This document shows positions 1 through 7,476 of a stretch of 21,710 nt of DNA, piece by piece. Where the stretch lies: contig JBBRBK010000034.1 in the NCBI GenBank assembly GCA_038205935.1, positions 1 to 21,710 of the forward strand, written 5' to 3'. The stretch is from Campylobacterales bacterium. Its GTDB lineage: Bacteria; Campylobacterota; Campylobacteria; Campylobacterales; Sulfurimonadaceae. The notes beneath the pieces are model-generated. The model had not been told where the DNA came from. It saw only the letters and a program-made list of their open reading frames with translations, and made no database searches. How positions within the stretch are numbered: position 1 is the stretch's first letter; every line of letters begins with the position of its first letter. A program made the translations under genes and the position numbers.

Positions 1-2
1 AT

Positions 3-752
3 TGTAAAGATCTTGAAGATAAAGTCAAAGAAAATCTTGATGTCATATTGAGAATAAAAGAGGGGCTTAAACATGATAGATTTATCCCATTTTTTCAAGG
101 CATAGTCGATAATAAAACGAAAAAAATTGTTAAATATGAATCGCTTATCCGTTTGAAGTGTGATGATGGAAAAATCATATCTCCATATCTTTTTTTAGAA
201 CATGCAAAAAAATCAAAACTCTACACAAAACTTACTCAGATAATGATTCAAAAAACTTTCGAAAAATTTGCAGATCTTGAATATGAGTTTTCTATAAATC
301 TACTTTTACAAGATATTGAGTCACCTAAAGTCATGAAATGTTTAGTTGATCATTTAGAAAAATATCAGTGTGGAAAAAGAGTCGTTTTGGAGATAGTTGA
401 GTCTGAGGGAATTTACAATTTTGACCTTGTTTCACAATTTATAACTATGGTCAAAAGTTATGGATGTAAGATAGCAATCGATGATTTTGGAACAGGATAT
501 TCGAATTTTAGTTACTTAGCAAAACTTGATATTGATTATATTAAAATAGATGGTTCTTTGGTGAAAGATATAGACAAAGACTTAGCCCAAATGGCAACAG
601 TGGAGAGTATCTTACATTTTGCAAAGAAGATGCGTATCAAAACAATTGCCGAATATGTAGAGAATGAAGTTATATATAACATCTTATGCAGATTAGGTGT
701 CGATTTCTCTCAAGGGTATTATTTTTCAAAGCCCCAAGAGGAGCTTCTTTAG
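3..752 (+). CDS. EAL-domain c-di-GMP phosphodiesterase, C-terminal part (5' truncated by the window edge)
   Basis: The frame is open from position 3 (CKDLEDKVKENLDVILRIKEG...), so the TTG at 48 is probably not the true start. EAL-family motifs: PFFQGI, YESLIR (ESL variant of EAL), SINL, LEIVESE, IAIDDFGTGYSN, IKIDGS, IAEYVE, QGYYFSKP. Stop TAG at 750-752. Confidence 0.93.
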   Translation, partial: CKDLEDKVKENLDVILRIKEGLKHDRFIPFFQGIVDNKTKKIVKYESLIRLKCDDGKIISPYLFLEHAKKSKLYTKLTQIMIQKTFEKFADLEYEFSINLLLQDIESPKVMKCLVDHLEKYQCGKRVVLEIVESEGIYNFDLVSQFITMVKSYGCKIAIDDFGTGYSNFSYLAKLDIDYIKIDGSLVKDIDKDLAQMATVESILHFAKKMRIKTIAEYVENEVIYNILCRLGVDFSQGYYFSKPQEELL

Positions 753-3361
753 AGTTTTATCTGTTTGTGTAGCATCCTATTTTGTTCTGGCTTTACAAGC
801 TCTTTGATGATCTTTTCAACTGAAAGTATAGAAAGAACCTCTTTTGTCCCGTTATGTTTATCAGGAAATATGATACTCTCTACTAAAGTCCCATCTCCAA
901 TAATCTCATTATGAAGATCTTTTATATTATCTGTGAGTATTTCCGGAATTTCATCTAAGCTGTTGACGAAAATTCCTAAATAGTGCACTGGATCTCCATA
1001 TTTGATAATGATAATCTCTTTATACTCATCTTTTATCTCTTCTTGGAGGAACTTTTTGATATCTATCACCATCACAGCTTGGTCGTTATAGATTAGTGTT
1101 CCTTTAAAGTGGTGACTTGGATCTATTTTAATCGTTGTTTTTAGTTCGCTTACATGTACAGCTTCTACAACACTCTGTGCATCGATACCTAACCACTGTT
1201 TTCCAATCATAAAAGTTGCAATATCTCGAGTGTGTTCACTTTGTTCAAATTTAAGTTCATTAGCAACCACAAACCCATTTTCATTTTCTAAGATCACATC
1301 ACTGACATCACTGATATATGAGAAAAAGAGGGTGTAAATATCATTGCTGTAAGCATCATTTTTACTTTTATATTCACGATATCCTTTTGAGCATTTAACA
1401 CCAAGCGCATAATATTTATCATCATAAATAATAATCTCACTTGTGGATTCTCCGGCATTTAAAGAGAAATAACTACTGTCAATATCTAAAAATGTTCCGA
1501 CTTTATGTTTTTCATAGCTAGATGAAACAACCATCATATTTTTTGTAGCTATTGTTGCAAAAACTCCATCCATAGTTGTTCCATCACTTTGTTTAGGAAG
1601 CGCTTCTTCTATCATTGTCGCAAATTGCTGAGAGGAATCAAACACTATACCAATGCCACCTAAAATTTTTGTCTCATCCAAAGAGCTAATGGTAGCATTA
1701 TAGATGTAGGTGTACTCATTATTATAAAGATTACTGCTGGTAAAATCACTGACACAATATTGTGAAGAGTCTGCAAGTTTGAGGCTCTTTTCGACCCAGT
1801 TATGTGAGAGTTTTTTCCCAATAAGATAGGACTCATCTTGCTTTGAAACTGCTACAATCATTCCAGAATGATCATATATAAAAAGATTACTGTAAACTGT
1901 ATATAAATCATTGATATAGCTTAAAATATCATTCATTCGTTTTGTATCGTTAGCACTTATTTGAGCTGTGTTTAAGATTTTACGAAATTCGGATGTAAGT
2001 GCCCACCATCTACAATCATTTGCTCTTTCATAAAGGTTTCTGTCCATGATGTCCACTATGAGATCTGCATAAAAAACACTGTCACCTAAGATGATGGTTT
2101 TCGTCAGATTTGCGATAGATGAGCCTATAATATTTTTTGTATTTTCACCTGTTGTTTTAATCTCTTGCATCAATGCTTTAGAAAACTGCTTATTGCTGTT
2201 GTTAGAGTTCCCTTGTTTTATAGTGCCATTCCAAATCGCACGATTAAGATTTTTTTGTATACTGTTGGCTTGAATGGGGATACTTTTGAGGGCATGACTG
2301 AAGCGTTCTCCATTTTGAAGGATACTAAGTAGCAGATCTTCGGAGATCTCAAAGTCATCCTCTTTCGTATCACTAAAAGCATGATCTATCGGTATCATAA
2401 TATGTCCAACCCATCCAAGTCCAAAAAAGTTTTGATATCCGTTTGTTTTTTTACTTTTTGCAATATAATCTCTTCCTCCAAAAGTTACAATTTTAAATCT
2501 TTCATTTGAAATTATTTCAAGTTTTGCACCGATTGGAATCTGATAAATATCACTTGATGCGATAACAAAACCATCTTTATCTAAAAGTGTAATTGCCTCT
2601 TTTTTCTCTTTGTTTACGAGATTTTTAAATATCTCATCCATCTCATCTTGAAACTTGAAACATAGGCAAAGCAGACCTAAAACTTGAGAATTATGATCAT
2701 TATTCTTTGTAACTTTATAGGAATAAACAAGAGATTTTTCATAATGAGGTAGAAAATCGTGGTATCTATAGGTCTCAACATACTCTTTATTTGTAGTTAA
2801 AACTTCTTTTAAAAGAGGGTCATAAGATTTAGAAATATCTACACTCGTATCTAAATTTGCCAGTATCTCTCCACTTGGATTCATAAGTATAATATCAAAG
2901 TAAACACTGTATTTATCTATATACTCTTGAAATCTTTTTTTGAGTGGGCTGAGTGCATTTGCATAAGAGGATGTATATTTTGTCGGGTTATTGATAAGAA
3001 AGTTTCTTATATCATCATCTGTTGCAAGAAAACCTATATCTGCTGTTCTTTCAAAGAGATTTCTAATAACAATATCTACCGCCACTTGAGCTTTGAAATT
3101 CATTTCATTTATATTTTTACTTAAGAGTTCTGAAGCTAAATGGTTGATTAGTTCTGATGAAAGTGTTGTGAAATTATTTTTTATTTCACTCATGTTGACA
3201 CCCGCATCACCTAGTTGGCTTAAGAGTGAAAGCGTATTCCAGTTATTGCTCAAATCATGAAGCATTTCCCTATTGTTTTCCACTTGTTCCATATGTTTTA
3301 TGAACGGTACTATCTCTTTTGTTATTTGTATATCTTTGTATCTGTAATAATCTTTTTGCAT
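749..3361 (-). CDS. Soluble signalling protein: two tandem helical + Cache-like modules and a C-terminal CheW-like domain
   Basis: 870-aa ORF with no hydrophobic TM stretch. Internal repeat: DIVIRNLFERTADIGFLA (R100) and DIMDRNLYERANDCRWWA (R441), each followed by a YxVYxxxxxxxxxG segment and Cache/PAS-like strand patterns. The C-terminal ~150 aa (ATFMIGKQWLGIDAQSVVEAV...FKGTLIYNDQAVMVIDIKKFL...LGIFVNSLDEI) fit the CheW pattern. Domain calls are by eye. Confidence 0.8.
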   Translation of the reverse strand: MQKDYYRYKDIQITKEIVPFIKHMEQVENNREMLHDLSNNWNTLSLLSQLGDAGVNMSEIKNNFTTLSSELINHLASELLSKNINEMNFKAQVAVDIVIRNLFERTADIGFLATDDDIRNFLINNPTKYTSSYANALSPLKKRFQEYIDKYSVYFDIILMNPSGEILANLDTSVDISKSYDPLLKEVLTTNKEYVETYRYHDFLPHYEKSLVYSYKVTKNNDHNSQVLGLLCLCFKFQDEMDEIFKNLVNKEKKEAITLLDKDGFVIASSDIYQIPIGAKLEIISNERFKIVTFGGRDYIAKSKKTNGYQNFFGLGWVGHIMIPIDHAFSDTKEDDFEISEDLLLSILQNGERFSHALKSIPIQANSIQKNLNRAIWNGTIKQGNSNNSNKQFSKALMQEIKTTGENTKNIIGSSIANLTKTIILGDSVFYADLIVDIMDRNLYERANDCRWWALTSEFRKILNTAQISANDTKRMNDILSYINDLYTVYSNLFIYDHSGMIVAVSKQDESYLIGKKLSHNWVEKSLKLADSSQYCVSDFTSSNLYNNEYTYIYNATISSLDETKILGGIGIVFDSSQQFATMIEEALPKQSDGTTMDGVFATIATKNMMVVSSSYEKHKVGTFLDIDSSYFSLNAGESTSEIIIYDDKYYALGVKCSKGYREYKSKNDAYSNDIYTLFFSYISDVSDVILENENGFVVANELKFEQSEHTRDIATFMIGKQWLGIDAQSVVEAVHVSELKTTIKIDPSHHFKGTLIYNDQAVMVIDIKKFLQEEIKDEYKEIIIIKYGDPVHYLGIFVNSLDEIPEILTDNIKDLHNEIIGDGTLVESIIFPDKHNGTKEVLSILSVEKIIKELVKPEQNRMLHKQIKL

Positions 3362-3485
3362 TTTTATATATCTTTGTTGATAAATTTATAGAAAAAGTTT
3401 ATACAATTTTTTTGATTATTGAGATGATTAACTGATTGAAAAGTAATCACTTACATGTAAGAAGTAGAAATAAGTTGGATATATT

Positions 3486-3523
3486 TTCTACAATCTGAAG
3501 ATGAGGTTGTAGAAGTTTTGTTT
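3486..3523. terminator. Inverted repeat, candidate intrinsic terminator between htpG and the CheW-fusion gene
   Basis: TTCTACAATCT-GAAGATG-AGGTTGTAGAA (3486-3514; 11-bp arms with one T:G pair), followed on + by GTTTTGTTT. It lies about 30 nt beyond the htpG stop. Confidence 0.45.
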
Positions 3524-3549
3524 ATAAAGCTCCAATAGGAACTTTATAA
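3522..3549 (-). terminator. Hairpin overlapping the htpG stop codon
   Basis: Minus strand reads UUAUAAAGUUCC-UAUU-GGAGCUUUAUAA: 12 bp with one U-G wobble that is a C/A mismatch on +. No long U tract follows. Confidence 0.45.
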
Positions 3550-5436
3550 GGCTTTAGCCATGATACGGTTAAGTTTAGTGATAAATGCAGGAATATCTTC
3601 TATTTCCATACCGTTGAAGAGTTTTGCTTGATCGAGTAGTACATGAGCTGCATCGTTGATAAGATTTGCATCAGCTGAATCTTTAAGCTTTTTGATGAGT
3701 TCATGATTTGGATTGATCTGTAAGATCGGTTTAGGAAGAGGGATATCTTTGCCTTGTCCCATTTGTCTCATCATTTGAGCCATCATGTAAGATGGATCTT
3801 CTTTGTCCTCTTTGAGTGCGACGGCAGAGTCTGTGAGATCAAATGTAACTTGAACCTCTTTGATCTCTTCGCCAAGAGCATTTTTGATTTCTTTAGAAAG
3901 AAGATCAAACTCTTTTTGACCTTCTTCTTTTGCTTTTTTATCTTCATCGCTTTCGTCAAATTTTGCGTCAGTTACGTTGATGAGTTTGTACTCTTTATAC
4001 TCATTTACCATTGGAAAAACGATAGTATCAACTTCTTCGTTTAGGATTAAAACATCAAGACCTTTTGCTTTAAATCTCTCTAGGGCAGGATTGTTTTTGA
4101 GCATACTTACAGATGATTTTGCAGTGATGTAGTAAATCTCTTTTTTATCTTCCGCTATATTTTTTACGAAATCTTCTAAAGCTACTTTGTCCTCAGAATT
4201 AAGTGTGCTAAATCTTAAAAGATCCAAGATTTTTTCACGGTTTCCATGATCTGAGTAGAGACCTTCTTTTAAAACATTGCCAAATTCTTTAATAAACTCA
4301 GCATATTTTAGGGCATCATTTTTAGCCATTTTTGAAAGTTCAGATAATACTTTTTTCACTGAAGCATTTTTAATTTTTGCTAAAACTGCATTGTTTTGAA
4401 GGATCTCACGGCTTACGTTAAGTGGAAGATCTTTTGAATCAATGACACCTTTTAAGAAGCGTAAATATGTCGGCATAAGCTCTTTTTCATCATCAGTAAT
4501 AAATACACGGTTGATGTAAAGTTTGATACCTGCTTGGTAATCAACTCTGTACATATCCATCGGTGCTTTTGATGGTACATAAAAGAGAGTTGTGTACTCG
4601 ATAGCGCCCTCAGCCTTGTTATGCATCCAAAGAAGTGGATCAGTTGAATCATGCGCGATACTTTTGTAAAAGTCTTTGTATTCATCATCGCTGATCTCAG
4701 ATTTTGAGATTGTCCAAAGTGCGCTTGCTTTGTTGATTTGTTCATTTACGATATCAGTTCTTGAAGGTTCTGTCTCTTCGCCCTCATCATTTTTTGTTGC
4801 TGCGATATATTTTTCTTTATCCATAAAAATTGGAAATGGGATATGGTTTGAGTATTTTTCAACAATACTTGAAATTCTATACTCTTCTAAAAACTCACCC
4901 TCATCATCATTGAGGTGAAGAATGATTGTCGTTCCGTGGCTATCGCGCGTTGAAGGTTCTAAATCAAACTCTCCATCTCCCGCACTTGTCCAGATAAATG
5001 CTTGCTCTTCAGCGGCTTTTTTGCTGATAACTTCGACTTTATGTGCAACCATAAATGCAGCGTAAAAACCTACACCAAACTGACCGATAAGTTTTGAATC
5101 TTTTTTCTGATCGCCGCTGAGACTTTCGATGAACGCCTTTGTACCCGACTTTGCAATAGTCCCGATGTTGCTGATTAGGTCAGCTTCATTCATACCAATA
5201 CCGCTGTCTGTGAGTGTTAAAGTTTTATTTTCTTTGTCTAGTTTGATATCTAAGCGAGGATTAAAGGATACATTTTTATATTTTTCATCTGTAAGAACTA
5301 ACATGTTGAGCTTATCTAATGCATCTGAACCGTTTGAAATGAGTTCACGTAAAAAAATCTCTTTATTTGAGTATAAAGAGTGGATCATAAGTTGTAAGAT
5401 TTGATTTGCTTCTGTTTGAAACTGATGCTTTGCCAT
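3544..5436 (-). CDS. htpG: Molecular chaperone HtpG (Hsp90)
   Basis: Hsp90 signatures: MIHSLYSNKEIFLRELISNGSDALDK, DSGIGM, GTIAKSGT, IGQFGVGFY, LPLNVSREILQ, QINPNHELIKKL. SD AAGGAA at 5447-5442. Confidence 0.99.
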   Translation of the reverse strand: MAKHQFQTEANQILQLMIHSLYSNKEIFLRELISNGSDALDKLNMLVLTDEKYKNVSFNPRLDIKLDKENKTLTLTDSGIGMNEADLISNIGTIAKSGTKAFIESLSGDQKKDSKLIGQFGVGFYAAFMVAHKVEVISKKAAEEQAFIWTSAGDGEFDLEPSTRDSHGTTIILHLNDDEGEFLEEYRISSIVEKYSNHIPFPIFMDKEKYIAATKNDEGEETEPSRTDIVNEQINKASALWTISKSEISDDEYKDFYKSIAHDSTDPLLWMHNKAEGAIEYTTLFYVPSKAPMDMYRVDYQAGIKLYINRVFITDDEKELMPTYLRFLKGVIDSKDLPLNVSREILQNNAVLAKIKNASVKKVLSELSKMAKNDALKYAEFIKEFGNVLKEGLYSDHGNREKILDLLRFSTLNSEDKVALEDFVKNIAEDKKEIYYITAKSSVSMLKNNPALERFKAKGLDVLILNEEVDTIVFPMVNEYKEYKLINVTDAKFDESDEDKKAKEEGQKEFDLLSKEIKNALGEEIKEVQVTFDLTDSAVALKEDKEDPSYMMAQMMRQMGQGKDIPLPKPILQINPNHELIKKLKDSADANLINDAAHVLLDQAKLFNGMEIEDIPAFITKLNRIMAKAL

Positions 5437-5463
5437 AGGTATTCCTTGTTTAAGTTGAGTCGA

Positions 5464-5493
5464 ATTGTATCAAAAAAAGGTAAATGTATGCAA
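5464..5493 (-). promoter_or_regulatory. Housekeeping sigma promoter for htpG
   Basis: Minus strand TTGCAT (5493-5488), 18-nt spacer, then TACAAT (5469-5464) preceded by TGn (extended -10), about 28 nt upstream of the ATG. Confidence 0.65.
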
Positions 5494-5503
5494 GTGTTAT
5501 CAG

Positions 5504-5532
5504 TATACTTTAGTCTAATGCACTAAAGTATA
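5504..5532. promoter_or_regulatory. HAIR-like (HspR) operator upstream of htpG
   Basis: TATA-CTTTAGT-ctaatgc-ACTAAAG-TATA: perfect 11-bp arms around a 7-nt spacer. The core differs from the HspR HAIR consensus CTTGAGT-N7-ACTCAAG by one symmetric substitution per half-site, and it sits upstream of a heat-shock gene. Confidence 0.65.
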
Positions 5533-5533
5533 T

Positions 5534-6616
5534 TTAGTGTAAGTACGTTTCTATCTCTTTTATAATTGTAGAAAGGTTGTTTGTAAACTCTTCTTCGACT
5601 GTAAAAAACTCTTCTTTTGTATCATGATTTAAAATCTCTCTAAATTTCGTTGCAATCTCAGAGAGTTTATCAGCACCTATATTTGCTGAAATTCCAGAAA
5701 TATCTAAGAGTAATTTTTTTACTGCATTTATATCTTCTTTGGCCATCAATGACCTAATATTTTGATTGGCATCTTGATACATAGTTAAACATTCTGAAAG
5801 TATTTCTTTGTAAAGTTCAGCATCTCCACCGCAAATCTCAATTCCTTCATCGATGTGTAAAAGAGTCTTCTCATCCACGGAGGTAGAAGTGGATTTTTTG
5901 TCATTTATGACGTCAATATAGCAATAAAGAATATCATAAAGTTTTTCTAGCTTTAAAGGTTTTTCAAGATACTCCTGCATCCCTGCATTTTTCATTTTTC
6001 TTATATCATCAACCGCAGTATCACCGCTAAGTGCTACAACTAAAAGATGATCAAGTGTTTTGTCTGCTCGAATACGCTCTGTTGCTTCAAAGCCATCTAT
6101 AATGGGCATATGCGCATCCATTAAAACTATATAGATATCTTTATCATTTTTTAGAATATCAAGTGCTTCTTGGCCATTATCGGCCATGATTATATTGATA
6201 CCTGAATCGCCAAGCATACCATTGATAACTTTTTGATTAATGATATTATCTTCAGCAATAAGGAGTTTCGAACCTGCAAATATTTTAAAGCTACCTTTGG
6301 TAATGGCTCCATGAGGCGCTAAGTCTCTTCGTTTTGGAATTGTCATTTGTGAAGGTTGCGAGATTTTTACACTCTCAATCGTCTCTATAGCTAAGCTTTC
6401 TTTTTCTAGCTCTTCGCTTTTTACAGGATTCTTTGTCTGTTGCGCTTGTGTGGTATGCTTAGTTTGGTTTACACTTGCTTGTTCATGAGCTACCAAATCC
6501 TTTGGATGATCTTTTTTTTGTTTAAGAATAACAATGAGTAGCAGAATGAGCACTCCAGCTATGATGGCAATTGCTTCACCTGCATATGTCGTTAAAAGTT
6601 GATTCACACCATCCAT
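5534..6616 (-). CDS. Membrane-anchored response regulator (receiver domain + degenerate Hpt-like domain)
   Basis: N-terminal hydrophobic helix AIAIIAGVLILLLIVIL followed by basic KQKK and a polar linker. REC motifs LLIAEDN, IVLMDAHMP (D167), ALSGD, YLEKP. The C-terminus GGDAELYKEIL...ISGISANIGADKLSEIA resembles an Hpt domain. Confidence 0.85.
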   Translation of the reverse strand: MDGVNQLLTTYAGEAIAIIAGVLILLLIVILKQKKDHPKDLVAHEQASVNQTKHTTQAQQTKNPVKSEELEKESLAIETIESVKISQPSQMTIPKRRDLAPHGAITKGSFKIFAGSKLLIAEDNIINQKVINGMLGDSGINIIMADNGQEALDILKNDKDIYIVLMDAHMPIIDGFEATERIRADKTLDHLLVVALSGDTAVDDIRKMKNAGMQEYLEKPLKLEKLYDILYCYIDVINDKKSTSTSVDEKTLLHIDEGIEICGGDAELYKEILSECLTMYQDANQNIRSLMAKEDINAVKKLLLDISGISANIGADKLSEIATKFREILNHDTKEEFFTVEEEFTNNLSTIIKEIETYLH

Positions 6617-6668
6617 TAATTTTCCTTTTTATTTCGTTTCTATATAATAAACTCTTTTTTCTTAAACT

Positions 6669-7286
6669 TTAGAGTCCCTCAAGTAATACATACCACAGTC
6701 TGTCTGTTTCTTTATCGGTGAGAAATAGGGAAGACCCATTGATATAAAGTTCTTTTAACGCATCTTTATTTATTTGATATGTATGTGAGCACTCTTTATG
6801 TGTAGGTAAAAACCCTCTTATGAGTGAGATGTCAGTTTCAACTTTTTCATTACACAAGAAGCAAACATTTTCACTATGTAAGCGTCCCTCATATTTTAGG
6901 AGCTTACTATATGCTTCTATCGCAGCACGTTTGGGATTTTGCTTATCCCATTTGAGAGAGGCTTCATCTAAAAGGTGAAAATAAAATTCCTCCAACTCTT
7001 CAGCCTGTTTGAGATGCTGATAAAAAAGGGCTGTGAAATCTTGCCAAGCTCTTAAACGGTTTCTATCCGTGATCCATTTAAATCCCAAATGTATCACATC
7101 TCTAAGTCGTGGAATTGAACTTTTGTAAGAGCTCTCAAGTTCGTAATCAATTTTGAATCCAAGGTTGATAACACCATGTCTCGCCCCATAAAAGCGATAA
7201 ACTGTTTGTAAGTTTGCCTTCGATATTATTGTGACAATTAGATCTTCATTCTTGGCGCGGTTGATGTTGATAATATAGCCCTGCAT
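6669..7286 (-). CDS. recO: DNA repair/recombination protein RecO (Campylobacterota type)
   Basis: MQGYII...EDLIV...YRFYGARH...LGFKID...PRLRDVIHLGF, LKYEGRLH, and a Zn-binding CFLC...HKEC motif, as in Helicobacter/Campylobacter RecO. Confidence 0.9.
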   Translation of the reverse strand: MQGYIININRAKNEDLIVTIISKANLQTVYRFYGARHGVINLGFKIDYELESSYKSSIPRLRDVIHLGFKWITDRNRLRAWQDFTALFYQHLKQAEELEEFYFHLLDEASLKWDKQNPKRAAIEAYSKLLKYEGRLHSENVCFLCNEKVETDISLIRGFLPTHKECSHTYQINKDALKELYINGSSLFLTDKETDRLWYVLLEGL

Positions 7287-7333
7287 AAAATGCTTCCAAT
7301 CTACACGAATTTTATTTTTTGAAAAAATATTAT

Positions 7334-7372
7334 CTCTTTTAAATCCTTTTTTAATTCTTTATTCGATACAAT
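7334..7372 (+). promoter_or_regulatory. Putative sigma70/sigma80 promoter of the gltB operon
   Basis: gaTACAAT (-10 box at 7367-7372, matching gnTAnaAT) preceded by T-tracts about 10 nt apart, the typical Campylobacterota promoter layout without a -35 box. Confidence 0.5.
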
Positions 7373-7476
7373 AAAAGCCTAAATTTTATTTTTAATAGAC
7401 TAAGTTTGTTTAAAAATAGATTAAATTTTCTTATTTTGATAAGAAAATTTGTAAATTCAACATTTGGGGTGAATAT

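Noticed and set aside
48..50. TTG at 48 as start of the EAL gene
   Set aside because: The frame is open to the window edge, so the gene most likely starts upstream.
2091..5404. Short alternative ORFs inside the CheW-fusion gene and htpG (2091, 2927, 3754, 4452, 4676, 5129)
   Set aside because: Antisense or off-frame shadows of long, well-supported genes, with no protein motifs.
5437..5533. CIRCE (HrcA) element upstream of htpG
   Set aside because: No TTAGCACTC-N9-GAGTGCTAA match; the repeat present fits HAIR sequence and spacing.
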